This document shows, one piece after another, positions 40,078-48,256 of a stretch of DNA of 64,000 nt; the stretch's first letter is position 1; each line of letters opens with the position of its first letter. Source of the DNA: a virus; IMG/VR virus record IMGVR_UViG_3300028800_000060, positions 1 to 64,000 of that record. One strand, given 5' to 3'. The position numbers and the translations under genes are program-made. The notes below the pieces were generated by a model. That model did not search any database. It saw nothing but the letters and a program-made list of their open reading frames with translations, and was not told the origin of the DNA.

Positions 40078-40822
40078 TCTCAGTATTTTTAATCTCGGTA
40101 ACCATATTGGTACACCTATTCTAATAGGTCAATTAGGTTCTAAAGCATACGGAACAGATACTCCCGATTCTGATGATGATTTCGTGAGTGTTGTTGTTTC
40201 ACCTCTTTCATATTATATCGGATTAAATTCTTGGGAAAATGACGGTTCGTTAAAGATTGAACGTAAAGAAACACATAATGCTGAATTAACGGCATTTGAC
40301 ATTAAGAAGTTTTTGAAGTTATGTTTGAATTTTAATCCTAATGTGATTCCTCTTTTATATTTACGTCAAAATGATTATGAATTTATGACGTCCGGAGGAA
40401 TTCGTTTATTGGCCGATCGGTCAGCATTTACCAGTAAAAGAGCTTACAATACAATGATTGGTTATGCCAAATCACAACGTAAAGCTGTTGTGAATGGTGA
40501 TACCGGTAAATTGGGAATGAAAAGAAAAGAATTAGTAGCAAAGTATAGCTATGATGTTAAATTTGCGAGCCATACTATTCGTATTTTAAAAATGGCCATT
40601 GAATTTTTCCGAGAGGGACAATTGAATGTTTATCGGGAGAATGATCGTGATTTGTTGGTTGGTATAAGACAAGGAAAATGGTCTTTGAAACAATGGTTAA
40701 ATGAAGTAGATTATTTACTTGAACAGGCGCAAAAAGCCGAAGCAGAAAGTAATTTACCAGAAACTCCAGATTACGAAAGGGTAAATGATCTTTGTATGGA
40801 TCTTATCAAGACTTATGCGTGA
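40070..40822 (+). CDS. Pol-beta superfamily nucleotidyltransferase (YcgL/RlaP-like)
   Basis: 'GSKAYGTDTPDSDDD', 'NPNVI', 'YD.KFASH.IR'. Confidence 0.85.
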   Translation: MFDLSIFNLGNHIGTPILIGQLGSKAYGTDTPDSDDDFVSVVVSPLSYYIGLNSWENDGSLKIERKETHNAELTAFDIKKFLKLCLNFNPNVIPLLYLRQNDYEFMTSGGIRLLADRSAFTSKRAYNTMIGYAKSQRKAVVNGDTGKLGMKRKELVAKYSYDVKFASHTIRILKMAIEFFREGQLNVYRENDRDLLVGIRQGKWSLKQWLNEVDYLLEQAQKAEAESNLPETPDYERVNDLCMDLIKTYA

Positions 40823-41273
40823 AATTACCGGTGATATTTGGGACTTTCACGAACAAGGTTTTCCTATCGTCATAACCACAAATTGTAATATAAATAGCCG
40901 ACATAATGCGGTAATGGGAAAAGGTATAGCTTCGGAAGCCAAAGAACATTTTCCTGGTTTACCAAAGATGTTGGGAGAACATATCAAATGTTTTTATGAT
41001 GCTGTAAAATATTTTCCCGAATTTAATTTATTTGTATTACCCACCAAATATAATTGGTGGGAAAAATCTGATTTGGAACTCATAGAACAAGGTGTAATAC
41101 AATTACGAAAAATAGTTCATTATAAACAGACGGTTATGCCTAAAGTTGGGTTTGATAAAGTTTATATGGTCAGACCTGGTTGTTCTAATGGCCACTTAAA
41201 ATGGGAAGATGTTAAACCTATTTTAGTAAATAATTTGGATGTTTCATTTTTTGTAGTAGAAAAAAGAACTTGA
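40815..41273 (+). CDS. Macro domain (ADP-ribose processing) protein
   Basis: 'ITGDIW', 'ITTN', 'VMGKGIA', 'PTK..W', 'RPGCSNGHLKW'. Confidence 0.8.
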   Translation: MREITGDIWDFHEQGFPIVITTNCNINSRHNAVMGKGIASEAKEHFPGLPKMLGEHIKCFYDAVKYFPEFNLFVLPTKYNWWEKSDLELIEQGVIQLRKIVHYKQTVMPKVGFDKVYMVRPGCSNGHLKWEDVKPILVNNLDVSFFVVEKRT

Positions 41274-41343
41274 CAAACCAAGTATTTTTTAGTATACTAG
41301 AATAGTTGAACAAAATATTGAGAATTTAGAAAGAAGGAATATT

Positions 41344-41544
41344 ATGAACTTTAAAAGAGCATTATCAATTTTGGCAAAGTTTTTCGTAATGAATGAAGAA
41401 GCATTTTCTCATGCCTTGTCCAAGGCAACTATTATTGCCTGGGCCGAACAGGTTAAGGAACAGACAGTCCAAGAGCTAGGCGATGTGTATCAGTTGACAC
41501 AACAGCAACATGCATTTTTAATTGGTGAAATTTTTTCTTTCTAA
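41344..41544 (+). CDS. Hypothetical protein
   Basis: ORF after TTGACA...TATACT promoter. Confidence 0.5.
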   Translation: MNFKRALSILAKFFVMNEEAFSHALSKATIIAWAEQVKEQTVQELGDVYQLTQQQHAFLIGEIFSF

Positions 41545-41553
41545 GGAATATTA

Positions 41554-41787
41554 ATGGCACAACATAGTTGTAGTAATCCGCGTTGTAATGATTTGGCTTC
41601 TGGAAGAAATTTATTTTGTGCGAAATGCTGGTTTCATATTCCAGATGGTCATCGAGAAGAAATCCGAGGTGACACCGAAAAGGCAGTTCACACATTGCGC
41701 GCCCATCCTAGCCGTGAGTGGCTTTCACGGGCACTGAAGTATATTACTGAACCACGAAGGCCGGCGCCCGCAGCTTCTGTACTATAA
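41554..41787 (+). CDS. Hypothetical Zn-finger protein
   Basis: 'HSC...C...LFC.KCW..IP'. Confidence 0.5.
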   Translation: MAQHSCSNPRCNDLASGRNLFCAKCWFHIPDGHREEIRGDTEKAVHTLRAHPSREWLSRALKYITEPRRPAPAASVL

Positions 41788-41818
41788 AAGAAATTGCGTC
41801 TTATTGAATTTTGAAGTA

Positions 41819-41886
41819 TTATTGAGGTCGTAAATAAATGGAACATGGAACCTGCTTCGGCACAGACACTGTACCAGCCTCAATAA
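41819..41886 (+). ncRNA. Putative structured RNA with a cUUCGg tetraloop
   Basis: 10-bp TTATTGAGGT/GCCTCAATAA closing stem; TGC-TTCG-GCA; ACAG/CTGT. Confidence 0.45.
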
Positions 41887-41906
41887 AGGGAACGATAGAC
41901 ACATTT

Positions 41907-41978
41907 GATATATCGTCTAGTGGCAGGACATTGCCCGTGAATAGGGTGAAAATGGTGGGTTCGAATCCCCGTATATCT
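41907..41978 (+). pseudogene. Degenerate tRNA (anticodon loop gtGAAta, Phe-like)
   Basis: Recognisable D arm GTCTAGTGGCAGGAC and GGGTTCGAATCCC, but irregular acceptor/T stems and no CCA. Confidence 0.55.
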
Positions 41979-42099
41979 TTTAGCCTTTAAAAGCTATTAT
42001 TGTGGAACAAATATAAATCGGTGCACCGATTTATAAGTGAGATCCGTCCCGCCGCGGTTTTATATATTATTGTAGTAATCTAACACCAAGAGAAATTTA

Positions 42100-42178
42100 G
42101 GGCTATGGAGATGCACGGGGTGTCTACTTCATTTGCAATGAAGAAAGCAGATCGGTTCAATTCCGATATGGTCCACCA
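42100..42178 (+). tRNA. tRNA-Ala(TGC), atypical D arm
   Basis: G3:U70 pair, CTTCA-ttTGCaa-TGAAG, ATCGG-TTCAATT-CCGAT, ACCA. Confidence 0.85.
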
Positions 42179-42180
42179 AT

Positions 42181-42276
42181 ATTTGTCTGTGGCAAAGTGA
42201 AGTCAGTTTAGTTTCCACCTAACTGTAGGGTTATAACCAGCGACTAAACGTAAGTCGCAACGTACAGTAGACAAAT
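42181..42276 (+). ncRNA. Putative multi-branch RNA between tRNA-Ala and tRNA-Cys
   Basis: ATTTGTCT/AGACAAAT closing stem; CAGTT(T)AG/CTAACTG, GGTTATAACC and GCGACT/AGTCGC inner elements. Confidence 0.45.
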
Positions 42277-42292
42277 CGGATGAGTTGATTAA

Positions 42293-42369
42293 GCATTGGA
42301 TGCCGAAGAGGTCGAGGCGATGGTCTGCAAAACCATTCTTAGAGAGTTCGAGTCTCTCCCTTTGCTCCA
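42293..42369 (+). tRNA. tRNA-Cys(GCA), two U-U mismatches in the acceptor stem
   Basis: ATGGT-ctGCAaa-ACCAT, GAGAG-TTCGAGT-CTCTC, U73 + CCA. Confidence 0.8.
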
Positions 42370-42394
42370 TAAATAGTGTATTAGAGAAATAAAA

Positions 42395-43084
42395 ATGTCA
42401 CAAAAAACGAGAGAGCAATTCAAAGACGATAATAAGCAACTTCGCTGCCAATTACGGCAGTCGCAACGTGAAGTTCACCAATTACAAGCGGATATTCTTG
42501 ATCTTGAGGAACTCCGTGATGAAAGTTTAGACGAACAAGAAGATTTGGTTGAGGATTTAGAAAAAGAATTGACCGTATTAAGACAAGATGTAGAAAGTTT
42601 GGAACGTGATTTAAATACAGAAACTGAAATTGTAGAACAATTGCGAACTGAGTTGAAAACTTCAGAAGATTCGAATACTTCTCTCCGTGATGAAATTTCT
42701 GAATTGGAAGAAGAGGCCGAAAATTTAAGATACCAACTTGAAGATTTGGAATCTGATAGTAATGAATGTGAAGAATTGCGCGAAGAACTTGCAGATGCTA
42801 ATCAGGACATTGATAATCTTCAAGAACGGATTAAAGAACTGAATTCCGAACGTACGGATGCTATGGATTCTGTCGATTATCTTCAAGAGGAAGTCGATTC
42901 TCTTCGTGATGAACTTGTAAATCTTCGAGATGATGAATGTATTCATGAAGACGAAAATACCGCTCTTCAAGATGAAATTGACTCTCTTCGAGACGAAAAT
43001 AACTCTCTTGAACAGGAAAATAGGGAACTTGGAGAGGAAAATGTTAGACTTTTAGGACAACTAGAAGATTACGAATCTCTTTAG
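42395..43084 (+). CDS. Very acidic long coiled-coil protein
   Basis: Continuous heptads rich in E/D/L; late-like CATAAATA upstream. Confidence 0.7.
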   Translation: MSQKTREQFKDDNKQLRCQLRQSQREVHQLQADILDLEELRDESLDEQEDLVEDLEKELTVLRQDVESLERDLNTETEIVEQLRTELKTSEDSNTSLRDEISELEEEAENLRYQLEDLESDSNECEELREELADANQDIDNLQERIKELNSERTDAMDSVDYLQEEVDSLRDELVNLRDDECIHEDENTALQDEIDSLRDENNSLEQENRELGEENVRLLGQLEDYESL

Positions 43085-43123
43085 TTTTATGTAGTCCGAA
43101 AGGACTACGGGGGTAGTTTATAT

Positions 43124-43202
43124 CCTCTCGTAGAACGGTAAAATCACTCCGTTCCATCTTTAGATGGATAGATGGTCGAGTCGTGACGATCCGGGAGGGC
43201 CA
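43124..43202 (+). ncRNA. tRNA-like cloverleaf with encoded CCA but non-canonical arms
   Basis: CCTCTCG/CGGGAGG + G-CCA; 6-bp GAACGG/CCGTTC 'D' stem; CATCT/AGATG; GGTCG/CGATC. Confidence 0.55.
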
Positions 43203-43210
43203 AATATTAT

Positions 43211-43300
43211 GGCCGTGTAGCAGAACTGGTACTTGCGCGAGACTCAAAATCTCGGTCGAACTAAGATTCATTGTGGGTTCGAATCCCACCATGGCCACCA
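43211..43300 (+). tRNA. tRNA-Leu(CAA)
   Basis: CGAGA-ctCAAaa-TCTCG, long variable arm, GGGTTCGAATCCC, ACCA. Confidence 0.92.
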
Positions 43301-43335
43301 AATCTCGAAATTAAAACTTAATAAGAGTGTAAAGC

Positions 43336-43548
43336 ATGCCTTACTACGATTATGAATGTACGAAATGCCATAAGCAATTTGAAGTTTTTCAGCATATGGT
43401 AGATGAACCTTTTACCGAATATCGGCATTTAGATAGATATCTTTGTACTTGTAATGGACCTGTTGTTCGGAATATATCCGTACCTTCGTTAAAATTTATA
43501 GGTAAGGGGTTTTTCGTTAATGATTATCCCAAGGACAGCAAATGCTGA
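43336..43548 (+). CDS. FmdB-family zinc-ribbon protein
   Basis: 'MPYYDYEC.KC...FEVFQ.M...F.GKGF..NDY'. Confidence 0.85.
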   Translation: MPYYDYECTKCHKQFEVFQHMVDEPFTEYRHLDRYLCTCNGPVVRNISVPSLKFIGKGFFVNDYPKDSKC

Positions 43549-43672
43549 ATTGGCAGTTAGATTATTATCGTTAAGTTATGGATATGAAAAAGAAGTAAAA
43601 TTGACAATGAAACAAGCTGCCGATTTATTAATTTGGATTCAAGAAGTAGACAAGTATTTAAAGAAACAAGTT

Positions 43673-43753
43673 TAGAGAGTAACCGCAACCTATTCGGTAT
43701 TAGGGATTATTAGTGGTAATAGGATAACACTAATATATAACTCCTGCTCTCTA
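43673..43753 (+). ncRNA. Putative multi-branch RNA before tRNA-Thr
   Basis: TAGAGAGTA/TGCTCTCTA closing stem; CCTA/TAGG and TATTAGTG/CACTAATA inner hairpins. Confidence 0.4.
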
Positions 43754-43765
43754 TTAAATTTAAAT

Positions 43766-43841
43766 GCCACAGTAACTCAGATGGTAGAGTGCCACACTTG
43801 TAATGTGGATGTCGGGGGTTCGAAGCCCTCCTGTGGCTCCA
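43766..43841 (+). tRNA. tRNA-Thr(TGT)
   Basis: CCACA-ctTGTaa-TGTGG, canonical arms, TCCA end. Confidence 0.93.
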
Positions 43842-43920
43842 TTTATTTCGGGCCGGCCGCCAAGCGACCAGCCCGATTTCTCTTATTGCTTTCCCCACAA
43901 AAAATTGATATAATGAGAAT

Positions 43921-44142
43921 ATGAAAAAAGAAAATTTGCTGCCTTCGGGCACGCGTGTTAAAGTACATTCTTTAGGTGACGGAAAAATTGGATATGGCAC
44001 CGTTTGCGGAGTCTATACAGCGGATATACATCCAAATTTTGCCATATATATTGTCTGGATGGCTCCAAGTAATCCTTGGAAAGATTATATGAATGGATAT
44101 ACTTGCATTACTGTTCCTAATGTCTGTTTATCTGTGGTATAA
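43921..44142 (+). CDS. Hypothetical SH3-like protein
   Basis: ORF after a sigma70 promoter. Confidence 0.5.
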   Translation: MKKENLLPSGTRVKVHSLGDGKIGYGTVCGVYTADIHPNFAIYIVWMAPSNPWKDYMNGYTCITVPNVCLSVV

Positions 44143-44297
44143 TTATGAAAAGAGAATTTCTATGTAAATTTAAGGACAATCGTCCTCATGAGGTATATTA
44201 TGGGGAATCTCTATTTGAGGTTTGGTACACATATATTCATGTACGCGGTTCCGAGTATATCGAACATATTATTTCTATTGAACGTGTGTGGTAGAAT

Positions 44298-45407
44298 ATG
44301 AAATTCCCAACATTATATCATAAAGGAAAAACTGGTGCTTTGGTTCAATGGGATATTTGGACCGAAGGAAGTACAATTTTTGCGCGACATGGACAAGTTG
44401 GAGGAAAACTTCAACTTACTCCCGGTATCGTTTGTGTGGGAAAAAATATCGGAAAAGCAAACGAAACTACTCCTTCTGAACAAGCTGATGCCGAAGCTAA
44501 AGCTATGTGGACGTTCAAGGTTGAACGGAAATATAGCGAAACACAAGAGGATGCTCAGGAAGAAGTTTTTCTTCCAATGTTGGCACATGACTATAAAAAG
44601 TTGACGGATAAAGCAAAGTCAAAGATTTCTTACCCAGTTGATGTTCAACCAAAACTTGATGGTGTCCGTGCCATGGCATTTTGGAGTGATGGACGTGTCG
44701 TGCTTTTCACTCGTGGTGGAAAAGAATGGATTGCACCAAAACACATTATTAAAGAACTTGAGAAGAAAATGCCACAGGAAATGGTTCTTGATGGAGAATT
44801 ATATATCCATGGTGTTGATTTTGAATCATTAACCTCTTGGGCAAAGAAGATTCATCCCGAAACGAAAGATTTACAATTCCACATTTTTGATATGCCCATT
44901 AATGAAATGGGTGCCCGGCAGCCTTGGTTTCAACGAGCTAAAAATTTAAAGAAATTTTTTACAGTTAACACCTTTAGTCATTCGGTGTTAGTTGATTGGG
45001 CAACGGCGAAAAGTGAAAAAGAAATTCTTCAAATGGAAGAAAATGCACTCGAACAAGGATATGAAGGTGTTATTGTTCGAACACTTAAAGGTGACTATAT
45101 CTTTGGACATAGATCTAAGGATCTTTTAAAGGTAAAAACATCGCAGGATGCTGAGTTCAAAATTATTGGTTTTGACCATGGGGTGGGTAAGTTTTCCAAA
45201 GCTATTGTTTGGAAATGTGAAACAAAAGAAGGAAAACCATTTAACGCTACTCCAAAAGCAACACAAGCTATTCGGGAAAAATTATATTCTGAAGGAAAGA
45301 AACATGTTGGTAAGTGGTTGAAGGTGAGATTTCAGAATTATACAGTAGAAGGTAAACCTCGATTTGGTAGAAGTTTGGGTTTTCGTGATCCCATTGATAT
45401 GGACTAA
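44298..45407 (+). CDS. ATP-dependent DNA ligase
   Basis: PMLA, QPKLDGVR, DGELY, FHIFD, EGVIVR, LLKVK, OB domain 'GKPRF'. Confidence 0.95.
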   Translation: MKFPTLYHKGKTGALVQWDIWTEGSTIFARHGQVGGKLQLTPGIVCVGKNIGKANETTPSEQADAEAKAMWTFKVERKYSETQEDAQEEVFLPMLAHDYKKLTDKAKSKISYPVDVQPKLDGVRAMAFWSDGRVVLFTRGGKEWIAPKHIIKELEKKMPQEMVLDGELYIHGVDFESLTSWAKKIHPETKDLQFHIFDMPINEMGARQPWFQRAKNLKKFFTVNTFSHSVLVDWATAKSEKEILQMEENALEQGYEGVIVRTLKGDYIFGHRSKDLLKVKTSQDAEFKIIGFDHGVGKFSKAIVWKCETKEGKPFNATPKATQAIREKLYSEGKKHVGKWLKVRFQNYTVEGKPRFGRSLGFRDPIDMD

Positions 45408-45415
45408 ATAAATAT

Positions 45416-45766
45416 ATGAAAACCTTTCGAGAAATATTTCGAGAATCAATACAGGCAACATTATTGAATTCTTATGGATATAGAGGTCCCTATCGTGGCG
45501 CTGATGGACATAACTCATTTATCTTAGATGAACATATTGAAATTTTAATTGATCTTCCTGGAAATGAGTGGCACTATGTTGTCGATGGTGTTGTAAAAAT
45601 TGTTGGTCATTTGAATGACCAATCATTGGTTGATTTCCTTCGAGGGAAAATAACTCCTCAAATGGAAACTGAAGAAACAGAAGATAATCGCTTAGCTAAA
45701 GCTAAGATATATGAACCTGATGGTGGTACATATTCAAGTACACCATCTACACCAGGAGATTCTTAA
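45416..45766 (+). CDS. Hypothetical late protein ('MKTFREIFRE', internal-head-protein-like N-terminus)
   Basis: TAAATA late-like element directly upstream. Confidence 0.5.
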   Translation: MKTFREIFRESIQATLLNSYGYRGPYRGADGHNSFILDEHIEILIDLPGNEWHYVVDGVVKIVGHLNDQSLVDFLRGKITPQMETEETEDNRLAKAKIYEPDGGTYSSTPSTPGDS

Positions 45767-45911
45767 ATGAAAACGAATTATGAAATTGTGTCGTTATTAC
45801 TTTTTGTACTTTTTGTTGTATTGATGTCTGTTGGTTGTTTTTTTGTGGGTGGAATAGCTGCGGGATTAATAGTTGCATCAATACTTGTTTTAATTTTAGC
45901 TCTTGTGATTC

Positions 45912-46124
45912 ATGCGATATATGAATGAAATGAATGACCAATTAGCAGATTACTTTTTCTTTTTTCTCTTGCGAGATCATCTTCCGGCGGGAGCAATAGC
46001 AGAAGCATTACAAGATGCCGAAAAATCTCTCGCGCAAGAAGTAATAAAAGATACCTTAATAACAGAAGGTATGTTAAATCTAGCTTCGAAATTTACAGAT
46101 AGATTTTTTGTGAAACAAATATGA
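45912..46124 (+). CDS. Hypothetical protein
   Basis: 'FFFLLRDHLPAG'. Confidence 0.5.
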   Translation: MRYMNEMNDQLADYFFFFLLRDHLPAGAIAEALQDAEKSLAQEVIKDTLITEGMLNLASKFTDRFFVKQI

Positions 46125-46330
46125 ATTGTTACGTCCTCATGAGGAACGATACGGGACAATATTACCGCGGTAATAATAAACCAATGTTTAAAGACCGATG
46201 GACGATGGATATAGAACAAGCAAAGAAATATAAACGTAAAGGTGATATTTCAAATGCGGTATCAATGATGCGTGACTATTCCAAAAAAGCGACAAAAATA
46301 TTACATTTACGGTGTACGTATATTCTTTAG
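46121..46330 (+). CDS. Hypothetical protein
   Basis: Coupled ORF. Confidence 0.45.
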   Translation: MNCYVLMRNDTGQYYRGNNKPMFKDRWTMDIEQAKKYKRKGDISNAVSMMRDYSKKATKILHLRCTYIL

Positions 46331-46339
46331 TGTACGCAG

Positions 46340-46624
46340 ATGAATACCAAATCTAGAGTAGTACATTGCAAAAAGGAACCATATGATGTTTATATTGGCC
46401 GTCCTAGTATTTGGGGAAATCCTTTTTCTCATATGGCCGGAACCCTAGCAGAGTTCCGTGTTAAAACCAGAGAAGAAGCCATCGAATGCTTCGCAAAATG
46501 GATCGAAAACCAACCCGGACTTATGGGACGTTTACCTGAACTCCGTGGGAAAGTTTTAGGTTGTTGGTGTTGTCCAAAAGCTTGTCACGGGGAAGTACTC
46601 GTGAGGCTTGCAAACAATGTATAA
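46340..46624 (+). CDS. DUF4326-like protein
   Basis: 'YDVYIGRPSIWGNPF...LRGKVLGCWC.PKACHG.VL'. Confidence 0.85.
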   Translation: MNTKSRVVHCKKEPYDVYIGRPSIWGNPFSHMAGTLAEFRVKTREEAIECFAKWIENQPGLMGRLPELRGKVLGCWCCPKACHGEVLVRLANNV

Positions 46625-46695
46625 ATAGTTGTGTAGTTAAATCAACTGGCTTTAAGCAGATGAGCACTTAGCCAGTGTGCTGAGAAAAGGACAAA

Positions 46696-47538
46696 ATGAT
46701 GTATCAAAGTGGCCTAGTTGCCGTTATTAAAGTTGGAGGCAAAGTTCTCCGCGAAGACCGGGGAGAAGTTTGTATTCCTTTTGGTTCAGAGTATTCGATT
46801 CTAGTAAAGAATCTAAAGGTACAGAGAGTTAAAATTAGAATAACCATTGATGGTGATGATGCCTTCGATGGAACAGAAATTGTAATTCCCGCCCATTCAG
46901 AGGTTGAATTGGAGAGATTTATTCGCAACGGTAATTTCTCATCTGGTAATCGTTTTAAATTCATCGAACGTATCGCGGATATTGAAGAGTTTCGTGGCGT
47001 TAAAGTTGATGATGGTTTAATTCGAATCGAATACTGGACAGAGAAAGTTCATAATCCATATGTATTGGTAAATAACGCTTGGAAACATGAATTTGGAACA
47101 AGCTATTCAAATCCTTGGAGAAGTGGATTTCATAATTTCGATTCTTTGGATTCAGGACAAGTAAAATCTCGTGGTATTACCGGATCGAGTTCAGACCCGT
47201 TTTTAAATTCTTGCCATACAATGAATTATTCCAGTGATGTGAATGCACGAGGAATTGAAATTAGCGCTTGTAATGTTACTAGATCATTCACTCCACCTAA
47301 GAATGAGAATGGCATTACTGTGGGCGGTGGCCAGAGTAATCAGAGATTTGCGACAGTAGAATGGTTTGAAACAGAACCACAGAGTGAAGTACTTTTATTG
47401 CATTTAGTGGGAAAGATTTCAACAACAAAAATAGAAACCCCCATTACGGTAGATATGAAGAAACAATGTCCCACATGTGGAAAAATGGGGTTAGGTAGGT
47501 TTTGTTCACGTTGTAGTACAGCTTTAAATTGGATTTAA
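46696..47538 (+). CDS. Hypothetical late protein with C-terminal zinc ribbon
   Basis: TATAAATA at 46620-46627; CPTC...CSRC at the C-terminus. Confidence 0.65.
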   Translation: MMYQSGLVAVIKVGGKVLREDRGEVCIPFGSEYSILVKNLKVQRVKIRITIDGDDAFDGTEIVIPAHSEVELERFIRNGNFSSGNRFKFIERIADIEEFRGVKVDDGLIRIEYWTEKVHNPYVLVNNAWKHEFGTSYSNPWRSGFHNFDSLDSGQVKSRGITGSSSDPFLNSCHTMNYSSDVNARGIEISACNVTRSFTPPKNENGITVGGGQSNQRFATVEWFETEPQSEVLLLHLVGKISTTKIETPITVDMKKQCPTCGKMGLGRFCSRCSTALNWI

Positions 47539-47543
47539 TTTAT

Positions 47544-47618
47544 TCCTCAATAGCTCAATGGTAGAGCTTTCGACTGTTAACCGAAGGGTTGTAGGTTCGA
47601 ATCCTACTTGAGGAGCCA
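47544..47618 (+). tRNA. tRNA-Asn(GTT)
   Basis: TCCTCAA/TTGAGGA acceptor, loop ctGTTaa, GCCA end. Confidence 0.93.
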
Positions 47619-47622
47619 AGTT

Positions 47623-47767
47623 TTGTGAAAGATAGACTAACAAGGAACATAGGGAGCCCTTAAAGCCTAATTATAAGTATGGATGCATACAGAACATAAA
47701 TAAATGGCAGCTAGGAGCGGGGTAAAGCGGACCGCAATCCGTAATCTCAGGTGAAATCCTTTCACAA
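47623..47767 (+). ncRNA. Putative ~145-nt structured RNA with tRNA-like acceptor/T-arm end
   Basis: TTGTGAA/TTCACAA closing stem abutting AGG-TGAAAT-CCT; inner hairpins TAGG/CCTA, GTATG/CATAC, GCGGA/TCCGT. Confidence 0.5.
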
Positions 47768-47878
47768 TGAAAGATATACATGAATTTTTTGAAAAAGATA
47801 ATAAATTTGATTCTGTGTATAATTTCGTTTTTGACTAAATATAACAGAGTTAAACTTGTAGCAACAATCGAGGGAAAT

Positions 47879-48190
47879 ATGTCAACACAATTAGTAGCAG
47901 GACAAGTAGCAACAGTTAAGTTGAGCGGTTTGGATGTAAAGGGAGATGTAGCTCCTGTTTATAATCTAGCTGGCTCTGTGGCCACGGCCGATGCCGCGGT
48001 ATTAGCAGTTACAGTTAACGCAGACGGCACTTTGTCTGTAACATCTCTAGGACCAATAGGAGCAGCAACAGTGACATTTACCGCCACTGATGCTGCTGTA
48101 AATGGGAATGTTTTATCAACAACTCTTGAATTTACTGTAGTAGCAGGACCTGCTGTGCAATTAGTAGCAACCGTTGTTTCTGTAGCGTAG
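47879..48190 (+). CDS. Ig-like (Big-type) virion-associated protein
   Basis: Val/Ala/Thr-rich beta protein 'VTVNADGT...GAATVTFTA'; CTAAATA late-like element and GAGGG RBS. Confidence 0.6.
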   Translation: MSTQLVAGQVATVKLSGLDVKGDVAPVYNLAGSVATADAAVLAVTVNADGTLSVTSLGPIGAATVTFTATDAAVNGNVLSTTLEFTVVAGPAVQLVATVVSVA

Positions 48191-48256
48191 TAGTAAAATG
48201 ATGTTGATAGTTTACCGACTATTGACATCCGGTGTAGTTAATGATACAATGAAATT

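Noticed and set aside
46645-46681. Riboswitch-like pseudoknot before the 46696 gene (ACTGGCT/AGCCAGT plus AGCAC/GTGCT)
   Set aside because: The second helix would need a zero-length linker, which is sterically implausible; only a hairpin is supportable and I recognise no riboswitch consensus.
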